Source: Candidatus Latescibacterota bacterium | GTDB taxonomy: Bacteria; Latescibacterota; UBA2968; GCA-2709665 | Direction of reading: 5' to 3' | DNA: 64,000 bases | Assembly: GCA_965203805.1 (NCBI GenBank) | Contig: OZ241917.1 | Coordinates: 2,496,001-2,560,000, forward strand | In this document: positions 1 through 9,578 of the stretch, in pieces | Layout of the letters: the number at the start of each line of letters is the position of its first letter | Position numbering within the stretch: position 1 is the first letter of the stretch | The notes under the pieces: generated by a model | Seen by the model: the letters and a program-made list of their open reading frames with translations, nothing else | Databases searched by the model: none | Told to the model about the DNA's origin: nothing | Translations under genes and position numbers: made by a program

Positions 1-359
1 TCGGTGAGATAGTACGTCCACTGGTGGTATTCAGGATAATAGTTGCGCTCCGACGTCAACTCCGACCAGGTCAGATTCACCCCGGGAAGGTGTTCGAAAT
101 TCCGCGCCCAGCAGGGAAATTTCTCACAAAGAGCCAGGTGCGTCTCGCCCATCACCGTGGACAGATGGCACCAGTCGTCCACCGTCATGCCGTCGTTCAC
201 GATAAACCGCGTGTCGAAATCGCTCATGCCCGGCAGCAGGTCCCGGAACATCCACTTGCCCGCGATCGCTTCGATCTTGTCGCACCGGTATCGACAGGCT
301 TCGTAGTACGTCCGGATATAATCCGCGAAATCATTCTCCGGCCTGGGTGCGAATTTCAT
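1..359 (-). CDS. Hypothetical protein, nucleotidyltransferase-like (partial, runs off the window)
   Basis: Not in the ORF track. Manual translation from ATG at 359 (AAGGAGG SD just upstream) gives MKFAPRPENDFADYIRTYYEAC...LLPGMSDFDTRFIV..., with a G-x-SDxD motif like pol-beta NTases. Frame is open to the window edge. Confidence 0.6.
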   Translation of the reverse strand, partial: MKFAPRPENDFADYIRTYYEACRYRCDKIEAIAGKWMFRDLLPGMSDFDTRFIVNDGMTVDDWCHLSTVMGETHLALCEKFPCWARNFEHLPGVNLTWSELTSERNYYPEYHQWTYYLT

Positions 360-394
360 CGCGCCTCCTTATCATCTGCTCTCGACATCAGACT

Positions 395-2209
395 TCAGGC
401 CAACATCGCCAGTTCGGCTTCCTGGTTCCGATCCAGGGACAACACGACGGCCGAACATCTTCGCCCTTCCACTTCCAGCGTAATGAGGGACTGCTCTCGG
501 CCGTCCAGGAGCACGCGCGTGACCGTCCGGGCACCTTCGGCGATGACCGTGAGGCCCTCGACCGGCTCAGAGGCAACGAGCTTTGTAATCGTCCGTTCCC
601 GATCAGAACTCAGCAGTTCAACCCGCAACGCGTCTCGCGCCTGGACGAAGCGGGACCAGTCCTGCAGGCTGCCCGTTTCGATGCCCATCGCCGCCAGCGA
701 CGCGTAGACGATATTGGCCGCCTCGAACGTGCGGCGCGGGTCGCCTTTGGGCCGGACCAGATAACAAGGGTGGAAGGTGCCGATATGCGGCACGTGCCAG
801 CGGTCGCGGGACTCCACGACCCATCGTACCGCCGCCTCCGCGTACTCCACCTGACCGAGCCCCAGCGTGCCGACGCCCGGCTCGGTGATGCTCTGCGAAT
901 CGTCGAACGTGCAGGGCTGGAGAAACAGGTCCAGCAGCCCCTCGTCCGGGTCGAAATAGCGCATGGGCATGGCCGATGGCAGCGAGAACGGCCCGAAGTC
1001 GTACCGGTTCATCCTCGGATCGTGCCCGCAGAAGTGGAACGGCATCCGCCATCCGTGGTCCATCAGGATCGAGGCCGTCCGGGCGCCCGTCCACTGGCAC
1101 CCGTGGATCACGATATCGGTCACCGCGAGCCCGGTTTCATCCCTGAACCGCCTCGCCTGGTCCACGATCTCCTCGCGGATGCGTTCGTGCACCCCGTCGT
1201 CCAGTTCTCTCAAAAGGCGGTTGTACGTGAGCGGGAAAATATCCGCTTCGATCGACATGAAATGGCCCCGCTCCTGCCACTCGCGGATCAATTTTCCCTC
1301 GTACCGGCTCACCGGCGCCCGGAAGAAATTGTGCTTGTGCCCGTATTGCTCCGCCAGTTCCATCCCCACCGGGGCGCCCTCCTCCCCGCACCCGTCCGAC
1401 TTGAAAAACACCGCCACCCGCCGCGCATCGGGCATGTGCCAGACGCGCGGCACGATACCGACGCCGTGCAGGTCCAGCAGCAACTCCCGAAACAGGTCCT
1501 GGTGAATGTCGGCCAGGGGGTGCTGCCTCGAATGCCGCTCGGCGATCCCGATCAGCCCGAAGATATGCCGCGGGCCTCGCAGCGGCAGCATCTGCGCCTG
1601 CTGTTCCAGCGCCCACGTGCCGTGCCTCAACCGCAGCACGGCCCCCACGACGTCATAGGCCAGCACGCTCGCCCTGCCCAGGCCGACGCGCTTCCGGACG
1701 ATTGCCGGACCGCTGCGCTTGCCAAGGCCGTCCTCCAGCACCGCCAGTTCCTCGCCATCGCACGCGATAGCGAGCCCTGTGTCCTGCGGGCAATACAACG
1801 GCTCCGGCGGCACTGTCAGCCCGGCGAATGGATGGACGACCACCCGTCCGTCTGCCACCAACTCCGGATCTTCCGCCGGGGGTCCCGCGGCGACCGCCTT
1901 GTTCGGGTCGACTTTCTGCGTCGATACCACCACCCGCCGCGCCACGCCCAGTTTCGCCGCCAGGTCGCCGCCCGGCATCACCGAAAGCACCCGACCGCCG
2001 CCGCGCAGGTAGTCGACAAGCATCCCGGTCGCTCGACGTCCGAACGCCCCCCGGAGCGTCAACACCACCGTCGCGTGCTTCAGGCGGGACGGCTCCACCT
2101 CGTTCTGAGATACGACCTCGAAATGAAACAGACCCTCGGCCTTGAGGATCTCCGGCGCAAAATCGTGTTCAAGGTTGTCGTCGGGCCTGATGACAAGAAT
2201 CGATTTCAT
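395..2209 (-). CDS. Hypothetical protein, possible polysaccharide deacetylase/GH57-like barrel with N-terminal GATase-like domain
   Basis: ORF 395..2635, likely start MKSILVIRPD at 2209 because upstream overlaps the preceding gene. Motifs LVDYLRGGGRVL, FKSDG, IHGCQW, GTFHP. Confidence 0.55.
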   Translation of the reverse strand: MKSILVIRPDDNLEHDFAPEILKAEGLFHFEVVSQNEVEPSRLKHATVVLTLRGAFGRRATGMLVDYLRGGGRVLSVMPGGDLAAKLGVARRVVVSTQKVDPNKAVAAGPPAEDPELVADGRVVVHPFAGLTVPPEPLYCPQDTGLAIACDGEELAVLEDGLGKRSGPAIVRKRVGLGRASVLAYDVVGAVLRLRHGTWALEQQAQMLPLRGPRHIFGLIGIAERHSRQHPLADIHQDLFRELLLDLHGVGIVPRVWHMPDARRVAVFFKSDGCGEEGAPVGMELAEQYGHKHNFFRAPVSRYEGKLIREWQERGHFMSIEADIFPLTYNRLLRELDDGVHERIREEIVDQARRFRDETGLAVTDIVIHGCQWTGARTASILMDHGWRMPFHFCGHDPRMNRYDFGPFSLPSAMPMRYFDPDEGLLDLFLQPCTFDDSQSITEPGVGTLGLGQVEYAEAAVRWVVESRDRWHVPHIGTFHPCYLVRPKGDPRRTFEAANIVYASLAAMGIETGSLQDWSRFVQARDALRVELLSSDRERTITKLVASEPVEGLTVIAEGARTVTRVLLDGREQSLITLEVEGRRCSAVVLSLDRNQEAELAMLA

Positions 2210-2252
2210 GGAAACATCCACCAATGCGGACCCGCAAGGAAACACCGCGTTA

Positions 2253-3248
2253 TCATCCCGGCCCGACTTCACGATGCTCCGACGCGGAACGGTAGATCGC
2301 GTCCAGCAGCACATTGGTCTTCGCGGCTTCGCCAAGCGGGCAGACCGGCTGGCGGCCATCGCGTACCGCGTCCACGAAATCCTGAACGACCGGCCCGTGT
2401 ACATTGTCGGCGGGTGAAAGATCCAGCGTATCGACCTGGCGGCCCACCGTTTTGACCACCTCGCCGGAATCGTATGGATGCCAGTAGACCTTGGCCTCGG
2501 TCCCCACGATCTCGAACTCGTGCCGCCAGGTTTTCGAACTCCAGCTGAAAGACGCCGTGGCCAATGCCCCGTTGCCCATTTGCATGACGATGCTCGCACA
2601 GTCCTCCACGTCCCACTCCTGCACCAGGTTTTCACACCGGGCGTACACCGACACAGGCATCCCCAGGAGCCCGATCATCACGTCGAACATATGCGTGCCC
2701 ATATCGCTGATGGGGCCGCCTCCGGACCGCTCCCGGAAGACACGCCAGCGTTTCGGATCGTCATCCGCCGGGCTGAACCAGGAAAAGTAGACGATGCGTA
2801 CGAGGACGACGTGGCCGAATTCACCGTTCCGAATCATCTCCTGCGCCTGCAGATACGCCGGGAAGAGACGTCGGAAATAGGAGCATCCGGCCAACTTCGC
2901 GCTTTTCTCGGCCGCGGCAGTGGCTCGCGAACACGCCTCGCCGGTGACGCCCAGGGGCTTTTCCACGAGCACGTGCTTATCGGCTTCCAGGGCCTGGACC
3001 GCGTGTGGCACGTGCAGCCACACGGGGGTTGCGACGTAGACCGCATCCGCCGAGGTTTTCTCCAGGGCTTCATCGAGGTCGGCGTATACCTCGGACAGGT
3101 CGTATTCGGACGCCAGCGCCCCGGCATTCTCCCGGACCATATCGCAGACCGCCACCAACTCCGACCCGGCGGCGCCCGCCAGGGCGGCGGCCACGCGTTT
3201 CCGGGCGATATCGCCGGCGCCGACCAGGAGCCATCTCACGTTATCCAT
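2253..3248 (-). CDS. Gfo/Idh/MocA family NAD(P)-dependent oxidoreductase
   Basis: MDNVRWLLVGAGDIA Rossmann start with GGAGG SD; HVLVEKP and GGGPISDMGTH motifs. Confidence 0.9.
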   Translation of the reverse strand: MDNVRWLLVGAGDIARKRVAAALAGAAGSELVAVCDMVRENAGALASEYDLSEVYADLDEALEKTSADAVYVATPVWLHVPHAVQALEADKHVLVEKPLGVTGEACSRATAAAEKSAKLAGCSYFRRLFPAYLQAQEMIRNGEFGHVVLVRIVYFSWFSPADDDPKRWRVFRERSGGGPISDMGTHMFDVMIGLLGMPVSVYARCENLVQEWDVEDCASIVMQMGNGALATASFSWSSKTWRHEFEIVGTEAKVYWHPYDSGEVVKTVGRQVDTLDLSPADNVHGPVVQDFVDAVRDGRQPVCPLGEAAKTNVLLDAIYRSASEHREVGPG

Positions 3249-3265
3249 TTTGCCTCCTGCATATC

Positions 3266-4417
3266 CTATCGCAGATCCGAAATCGTCTGCTTGACGGCCC
3301 ACGCAATATAGACCAGGTCCTCGTCGGTCGTCGCGGGAAATACCGGCGTACTTACGACCTGTTCGCAGACCCTGGCCGCGATCGGACATCCCCCGCCGTT
3401 GTACCCCAGTTCCTGAAGGGCGTCCCAGGACCAGAGCGGCGGGTAGTGCTTTGCCGTGGCCACCCGGTATCGATCCTTCAGGTGAGCGACGAACGCTTCC
3501 GTGGTGAACCGCACAGCATCGGTGTCCAGCCGGATCACGTGCAGATGGCTCCCGTGATCGGGGCCGTGTCCGGCAGGAAGAATGACCTCCTCCACGTCGG
3601 CCAGCAGCGCGTTGAGACGGACCATCCGTTGACGCCGGTCCTGAATCACGCGGTCTATTTTGGCCAACTGGGTAAGTCCGACCGCGTATTGGGGCTTGGT
3701 CATCCGGTAGTTGAATCCGACCCGCACCACCCGCGTGCCGCTTCCCCCGTAGACGTATCCGAACGTCTTCAGTTGCCGGACCTGCTCCGCGAATTCCTCG
3801 TCGTCCGTTGTCACCGCGCCCCCCTCGCCGAGGCACGTCATGTTCTTGTTGCTCTGGAAACTGTAGCACGAGGCCTTCCCTCGGCCGCCGACCGGGCTGC
3901 CCCGGTACCGGGTGCCCACCGCGTGCGCCGCATCGTAGATGACCGGCACGCCCGTCTCCTCCGAGATCCGGTCGAATGCATCCAGGTCGCACGCGAGACC
4001 CGCGAAGTGCACGGGAATGATCGCACGGGTGCGCGGCGAAAGTCTTTCTCTCACCCTGTCCGGATCCAGATTCAGGCTCACCGGATCGATATCGGCGAGA
4101 ACAACCCTGGCGCCCCTTGCAATCGCGGTACCGGCCGTGCAGACGAAGGTGAGCGGGGTCGTGATCACTTCGTCGCCCGCACCGATGTCCAGCGCCATCA
4201 TGCAACAGTCCAGGCCCGTACCGCACGAATTGACCGCAATCGCCTTCCGGGCGCCCTCGTGCGCGGCGAACGCGTTCTGAAAATCGTTCTCTTCCGGCAG
4301 GGGGAAGAACGTCCCCTCCTCGTCCGCGACGTCCGCCAGCATCCGGCTGACCGCCTCAACGTCGTCCTGCTCGTAAACCCCACCCATCGACCCGAACGGC
4401 ACCTCTCGTATTTCCAT
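3266..4417 (-). CDS. DegT/DnrJ/EryC1/StrS family PLP-dependent aminotransferase
   Basis: GDEVITTPLTF, IIPVHFAG, DAAHAVG, SFQSNKNMT (PLP lysine), GFNYRM motifs. Start could alternatively be 4447. Confidence 0.92.
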   Translation of the reverse strand: MEIREVPFGSMGGVYEQDDVEAVSRMLADVADEEGTFFPLPEENDFQNAFAAHEGARKAIAVNSCGTGLDCCMMALDIGAGDEVITTPLTFVCTAGTAIARGARVVLADIDPVSLNLDPDRVRERLSPRTRAIIPVHFAGLACDLDAFDRISEETGVPVIYDAAHAVGTRYRGSPVGGRGKASCYSFQSNKNMTCLGEGGAVTTDDEEFAEQVRQLKTFGYVYGGSGTRVVRVGFNYRMTKPQYAVGLTQLAKIDRVIQDRRQRMVRLNALLADVEEVILPAGHGPDHGSHLHVIRLDTDAVRFTTEAFVAHLKDRYRVATAKHYPPLWSWDALQELGYNGGGCPIAARVCEQVVSTPVFPATTDEDLVYIAWAVKQTISDLR

Positions 4418-4570
4418 AAAATCCGGCGCGCGGGACCCCCCGGTCAAGAAGGAGATGTTCGCGCCTTGCCTCCTCTCCGAAACGTCGGATTCGCACGGGT
4501 TTCCCCGTACCTCAGCGGCCTTTTTGCACGTTCTTCAAGTTAACCTCAATTCAAAAAAAGACAACCGTTT

Positions 4571-4602
4571 AATTGGCCACAAAAAGCACAGAAAACACAG
4601 AG
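4571..4602. repeat. GCCACAAAAAGCACA-type short intergenic repeat
   Basis: AATTGGCCACAAAAAGCACAGAAAACACAGAG. Reverse-complement copies at ~56156-56180 and ~56445-56475; interrupted copy at ~56215-56275. Confidence 0.65.
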
Positions 4603-4714
4603 GGTATCGGTGCGAAACGGCGTAATAAGGTCGCTCAAATGGTCTTCTTCTCCGTTCGCGTCCCCCTGCGTTAAACTCGCCGGAACGCCGACGCCGAATC
4701 GCCTATGCCGTGCA

Positions 4715-6742
4715 TCAATACCACTTGTGAACGACGTGCCCCCGTTCCGGGAACCAGATCGCGTCGACCGCCATTCCCGCCGTCACCGCGACGATGTAGC
4801 CGATCAGCATACCCAGGAAGAAGGGCATCGACCGCCGGTAGAAGGCCACCCCGCCTGTCTTCAGCATGATCAGCTTCGCCAGCCACGCCACCAGGAGCGT
4901 GGACCCCATGCGGCGCGCCGCCGGGATGCCGGACAACGCAAACCCGATCGGGTGTAGCGGCCACCTGGCGAACCGGTAGCGCATCAGATTTACGATGACC
5001 ATCGTCCCGGCGCCGACGAGGAGAAACCAGTAATCGATCGCCTGCATCTTCGCCGGGTTCAGTATCTCGTTCACGGTCATCCCGTACTGCCATTCGCCTT
5101 CGTGGATGATCAGCCAGTTGGGCCGGAAATTGTACGCCCCCACATTGTATCCCAGCCAGATCGTGTACAGAGTCGAGCTGACAACCCCCGCGACAAAGGC
5201 CGCGAACACGCCCCAGAAGAGCCGCCGTTTGTCGCTTCCGACAAAGTCCCCCAGGCGATTGATCTGCGCGACCAGCGGCATGATGAAGCTCCTGGGATGG
5301 CTGACCGTGAATGACAACAGGCCGAAGGTCGCGCGCGTGGAGGCAATCAGATTCCCCGTGCCGCCGACGAGCGCGCCCGACAGTTCCCAGGCGGACGCGG
5401 GCGGCTGGATATAGATGATTCCCGAATCGGCCACGACCCTGGCCACGAAGAGATAGGCGATGAACATCGTCGGAATCAGCAGGGCGATCATCCCGGCCTC
5501 CACTCCCAATCGACCGAGAAACGCCGCGATGTATGCGCAGCTGACCAGCAGGCCGATCAATGCGGCCCGGTAGGAGAGCAACTCTCGCCCGGCGCGGGGC
5601 GAAGACCCGGTCGGCTGAAGCGCGCTCCGGATGACTTCCCGCAGGTGGTACCGGGCGATCCAGACCCACCAGAAGACCAGCGACACGAACGCTCCGGCCG
5701 CCTGCCACTTGTATGTCGTGGTGGTATAGGGCCCGGCGCCGTAGTGCGGCGACGTGGCGACGATCCCCAACCGGTTCAACGCGCCCGCTTCGATCATGAA
5801 CACGAAGTCGAAGAACCAGATGCTGAATAGCACGTCAAGGCTGGCGAAATAGGAGAAGCAGATAACGGGCGTGCTCAGGAAGATGAAGAAGGGAGGGTAC
5901 TCTTCAGGCAGCAGGTCCCATATAAAGCGACCGGTCGCCGTGGGGAAACTGGGGACCATCGGGTAGAACCACGCGATCATGTTCCACCAGAACACGATTG
6001 ACGTCAGGGCGAATCCCGCCCAGAACGCCTTCCCCTTCATGAAATCGGGCAGCCAGCGCCTCCCGGACCCGGCGCGCGAGGTCATTTCGAGAACCGGAGC
6101 CAGCGCCGGATACACCAGCTTTTCATGGTCCGCCCACTGCCGGTGCACCAGAACCGAAATGCAGATGCACGCGAAGCCCAGCACAAAAACAAACAGGAGC
6201 CACCAGGCCAGGGGAAGACTCCAGACGTCCCACGGAACCGATGCCACGCCCGGCAGCCCCTCGTAGAACCAGGACATCGCCCCGCTGTCGTTCGCGGGTA
6301 TCAGCCAGCCCGGCAGTTGCGGATGGAGATACTCCGCCCACCGGTTCTCAGGCGTCGCGAAATAATACGGGGACGCCATCATGCCCACCAGGTACCCGCT
6401 GACGCCGTAATTGGGACCGATGGCGCTGATCATGCCCATGCTGAAGACAGTGATCCATTCCGACGGCGACAGCACGAAGGCGCGCCCGAACCGCCGGGCA
6501 AGCACGGCGCAGGCCAGAATCGACAGGAGGCACAGGATCAGCACGCCCATCGGAACCTGGGCGACCATCATGTACGACCCCTTCTGGATGTACCGGGCAG
6601 TACATGCCAGCAGGCTCATGGCCGTCGCGATGCAAAGACCGATCACGATCGACCGAAGCGTCACCCGCGCTTCCGGCTGTGTCCCGTCGTTCACGATTCG
6701 CCGTTCATTAACATCCTTCGCAGGTTGCCGTGTTCCCGTCAC
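4715..6742 (-). CDS. DUF6785/DUF6784-type polytopic membrane protein (putative transporter), copy 1
   Basis: 675 aa, many hydrophobic segments; PYYFATPENRW, QWADHEKLVYP, WPLHPIGF, PFFLGM motifs. Paralogue at 22355. Confidence 0.8.
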   Translation of the reverse strand: MTGTRQPAKDVNERRIVNDGTQPEARVTLRSIVIGLCIATAMSLLACTARYIQKGSYMMVAQVPMGVLILCLLSILACAVLARRFGRAFVLSPSEWITVFSMGMISAIGPNYGVSGYLVGMMASPYYFATPENRWAEYLHPQLPGWLIPANDSGAMSWFYEGLPGVASVPWDVWSLPLAWWLLFVFVLGFACICISVLVHRQWADHEKLVYPALAPVLEMTSRAGSGRRWLPDFMKGKAFWAGFALTSIVFWWNMIAWFYPMVPSFPTATGRFIWDLLPEEYPPFFIFLSTPVICFSYFASLDVLFSIWFFDFVFMIEAGALNRLGIVATSPHYGAGPYTTTTYKWQAAGAFVSLVFWWVWIARYHLREVIRSALQPTGSSPRAGRELLSYRAALIGLLVSCAYIAAFLGRLGVEAGMIALLIPTMFIAYLFVARVVADSGIIYIQPPASAWELSGALVGGTGNLIASTRATFGLLSFTVSHPRSFIMPLVAQINRLGDFVGSDKRRLFWGVFAAFVAGVVSSTLYTIWLGYNVGAYNFRPNWLIIHEGEWQYGMTVNEILNPAKMQAIDYWFLLVGAGTMVIVNLMRYRFARWPLHPIGFALSGIPAARRMGSTLLVAWLAKLIMLKTGGVAFYRRSMPFFLGMLIGYIVAVTAGMAVDAIWFPERGHVVHKWY

Positions 6743-8073
6743 TCACCGGTCGACGGCGCGAACGGATTGATCCAGACAACGGCCGTGGTCCCCCAGTCGG
6801 TGGACATGATATCCTCGTAGCCATCTCCGTCCAAATCCGCAAGACGGACGATATTGGGCCAGTTGAGCCCCGCGCCGTCGCCAAGTCGCGTGGCCTCCCA
6901 GAAGGATCCGTCGCCCCTTACATTCCTGAACACGTAGACCCCATCCCCGCCATCGGATGGCGCCACGATATCCAGGCGCCCGTCCCGGTCCACGTCCCCA
7001 ATGTCGAAGGAATAGGCGTGACCCAGACCGCCCGCGATCTCATGGAAACGCCATTCGCTCCCGGGACCCACGCGTTCCCGCCAAGCCAGGTACCCGTTTC
7101 GGAGACTGGTCTCCACACAGTCCAGATCGCCGTCCGCGTCGAGGTCCGCGAATCGCGCGTGGACCTGGGAAACGGGCTTGTCGGAAAAGCGGCCGACCCA
7201 TCGGCGCACCGAATCGGCGGATGCCACGTGGATGGAATCCCGCTTCCATTCCATCCCTTTTCCATCGGAATTGATCAGCAGAAACGGCCTGGACGCATGC
7301 TCGGAGGCGCAGACGAGATCCATATCGCCGTCCCGGTCCACGTCTCCGGCGTCCACGCCGATGATGGGAGGCAGATCCAAGGGAATCGCCACTTCCTCCC
7401 ACGGCGTCGACTGCCGTGGGTCCTGGCGATACCAGCCCACTTTGCTCCCTGAATCCGATATCGAGGTGACCACGATATCGTCGAGTTTGTCGCCATCGAC
7501 GTCTGCAACCACGGCCCGTACCGGTAGTTCGAGCACCTTCGACCGGAGGAGGGTCTTTTTCCAGTGTCCTCCGTCCGCAGTCTCGTAGATGACTGTCTCT
7601 CCAGACAGATAGCAGGGGATTACGACGGCGGATTTTCCGGCCGCGGTGCGACGGACAACAACGGCGTCCTTTGGCGTAACCTGCCGGTCGTCGAGCTGGT
7701 GAATTCGAAAAACCAGTCCTGAATCCGGCCGCACGGCGACGTTCTCGAGCCAGTAGACCATGCCGTATTCACGATCTTCTCCCGGGACCGTTTCTCCGCC
7801 TGACTGAAAGGCAACCACGAGGTCGAGGTCGCCGTCCCCGTCGAAGTCGGCGGCGTGGATGCCATAGGAATTGGTCCCGTCAAGCGATGTGCCACCCCCG
7901 TCACCCAGGGGGACAACCCGCCACTTCGCGGCCGCATCGGCGGCCAATCCCTTCACGTTGGGACTGAGGGCCAGAATCTCGGGAGGGACCTGGGCGGCGG
8001 CGGGAACGACGGCTGCGCAGACCACGGCCGCGACGATGCCCACGCAATACGTCCGCAGGGAGAAGCCCGACAT
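6739..8073 (-). CDS. Secreted FG-GAP/VCBS repeat protein
   Basis: Signal peptide MSGFSLRTYCVG...AAA; repeated DxDGDGDxD motifs. ATG at 8073 overlaps the upstream TGA. Confidence 0.85.
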   Translation of the reverse strand: MSGFSLRTYCVGIVAAVVCAAVVPAAAQVPPEILALSPNVKGLAADAAAKWRVVPLGDGGGTSLDGTNSYGIHAADFDGDGDLDLVVAFQSGGETVPGEDREYGMVYWLENVAVRPDSGLVFRIHQLDDRQVTPKDAVVVRRTAAGKSAVVIPCYLSGETVIYETADGGHWKKTLLRSKVLELPVRAVVADVDGDKLDDIVVTSISDSGSKVGWYRQDPRQSTPWEEVAIPLDLPPIIGVDAGDVDRDGDMDLVCASEHASRPFLLINSDGKGMEWKRDSIHVASADSVRRWVGRFSDKPVSQVHARFADLDADGDLDCVETSLRNGYLAWRERVGPGSEWRFHEIAGGLGHAYSFDIGDVDRDGRLDIVAPSDGGDGVYVFRNVRGDGSFWEATRLGDGAGLNWPNIVRLADLDGDGYEDIMSTDWGTTAVVWINPFAPSTGE

Positions 8074-9293
8074 CACGGCCTCCCGGGCATCTTCGTCACG
8101 TGGATGCGTCCCCCGATCCCGCCCAGGTCCGCCGGCATCTGTCCCGAAGGCCGGTCCGCGCCGGGCCGGAAGTCCGGAACGCTCACGAGCCTGCTGCCTT
8201 CCTCGATCGAATCCACGGCCAGCACCGCCGGCGCCATCGAATCCATCACCCGGTACACGTCGTAGGCCAGCTCCTCGCCCTTCAGGATCGCGTCGCGGAA
8301 ATACATATGCACATAGTAGTCCGCATCGCCGTGTCCGCTCCCCCGCGCCTCCGGCGGCGCGTCTGTCCGACTGTACTGCCAGTCGACCTCCGTCCAGTCG
8401 TTCATCTGCGTGTCCGCCAGCCACAATTTCGGCTTCTCCTTTCCGGACCGCCGCCACTCCACGCTTCCCTTCGTCCCGATCATCTGCCACCAATGGTGGT
8501 CTCCGTGCGGCCTGGGTTGATTGAATCCGTTGAGCATCCGAATCAGGGTATCCTTTTCCGTCTTCATCAGCGCCACCTGAATGTCGGCGTTGAGCATCTC
8601 CGGCGTCGTGTAACTCGGCGGTTTGGTGCTCATGCCCGTGACCTCGACGACGCGGTCGTCCAGAATCTTCAGCAGGATACTCAGGTCGTACGAGGCGGAG
8701 ATGATGTAGGGCAGATACTGCGGATTCGCGGGTTCGGCCTCCGGGTGGTCGGGAAGCGCTTCTACGGGGTACTGTTTGCCGGTCCTGAAATCCTGAAACC
8801 ACTGATGGGTGCCGTAATAGCCCAGATACTGACCCTCGGCGTAGGTGATCTTTCCCAGCATCCCGTCGTCGACCAGCTTCTTCCATCCGTCCACGAACCC
8901 CCAGAACCGCGTCTGCTCCGCAAGGCTGTAGACCAGTCCGGTCCGTTCCACGTTCGTGACGATGCGCCAGCACTCCTCCATCGTATGGGCCCCGGGCACC
9001 TCGCAGTTGACGTGCTTCCCGGCCTCCATGGCCTCTGCGGCCATGGTCCCCTGCTCCATCTGCCTCACCACAAGCCCCACCGCGTCCATCCCGTCGTACG
9101 ACAGGAAATCGTAGTAGTTGCCGAATACCTTCACGTCGCCGCGGTTCTCGATCTCCGCCAGGGCCCGCTCCTGCAGCGGCTCGATCCAGTCGTAGATCGC
9201 CGTTATCCGGTAGCCCGGCACCTTCTGCAGCAGCCGGATCCAGTGCAGCCCGCGGTGACCCAGCCCGGCAATGCCGATTCTGATTTCATCCAT
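8073..9293 (-). CDS. Gfo/Idh/MocA oxidoreductase, GH109-like branch, copy 1
   Basis: MDEIRIGIAGLGHRG with GGGAGG SD; GKHVNCEVP and GSGHGDADY motifs. Confidence 0.85.
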   Translation of the reverse strand: MDEIRIGIAGLGHRGLHWIRLLQKVPGYRITAIYDWIEPLQERALAEIENRGDVKVFGNYYDFLSYDGMDAVGLVVRQMEQGTMAAEAMEAGKHVNCEVPGAHTMEECWRIVTNVERTGLVYSLAEQTRFWGFVDGWKKLVDDGMLGKITYAEGQYLGYYGTHQWFQDFRTGKQYPVEALPDHPEAEPANPQYLPYIISASYDLSILLKILDDRVVEVTGMSTKPPSYTTPEMLNADIQVALMKTEKDTLIRMLNGFNQPRPHGDHHWWQMIGTKGSVEWRRSGKEKPKLWLADTQMNDWTEVDWQYSRTDAPPEARGSGHGDADYYVHMYFRDAILKGEELAYDVYRVMDSMAPAVLAVDSIEEGSRLVSVPDFRPGADRPSGQMPADLGGIGGRIHVTKMPGRP

Positions 9294-9578
9294 CGATGCC
9301 TCCCTTCGTGTTTTCGCTAACACCTTTTCACTACTCTCTCATCGGAGTAGGTACCACGTCACAGATCGTTCGGATGCGTCCTGTCCTCGTGCGCACCCAC
9401 GACCCCCCGAAAACGTAACGGGCATGCCTGATGCGGGCATCGCCTGTGTCGTTCCGTGCGTGAATTGAGCTTTTCGGGATGAGGCAATTGAAGCGAACGA
9501 ATCTAATTCTCAATCCGCTTTCCAACGCCTGCGGGGAACATCAGCCAACGTTTCTCCTCCTATGCCTACTCGCTCGAT

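Noticed and set aside
347-4543. Long plus-strand ORFs (347..2455, 3005..4543, and similar ones such as 22358..23938, 34095..35885, 47890..49884)
   Set aside because: Antisense shadows of real minus-strand genes in high-GC DNA, with Arg/Pro/His-rich low-information translations.
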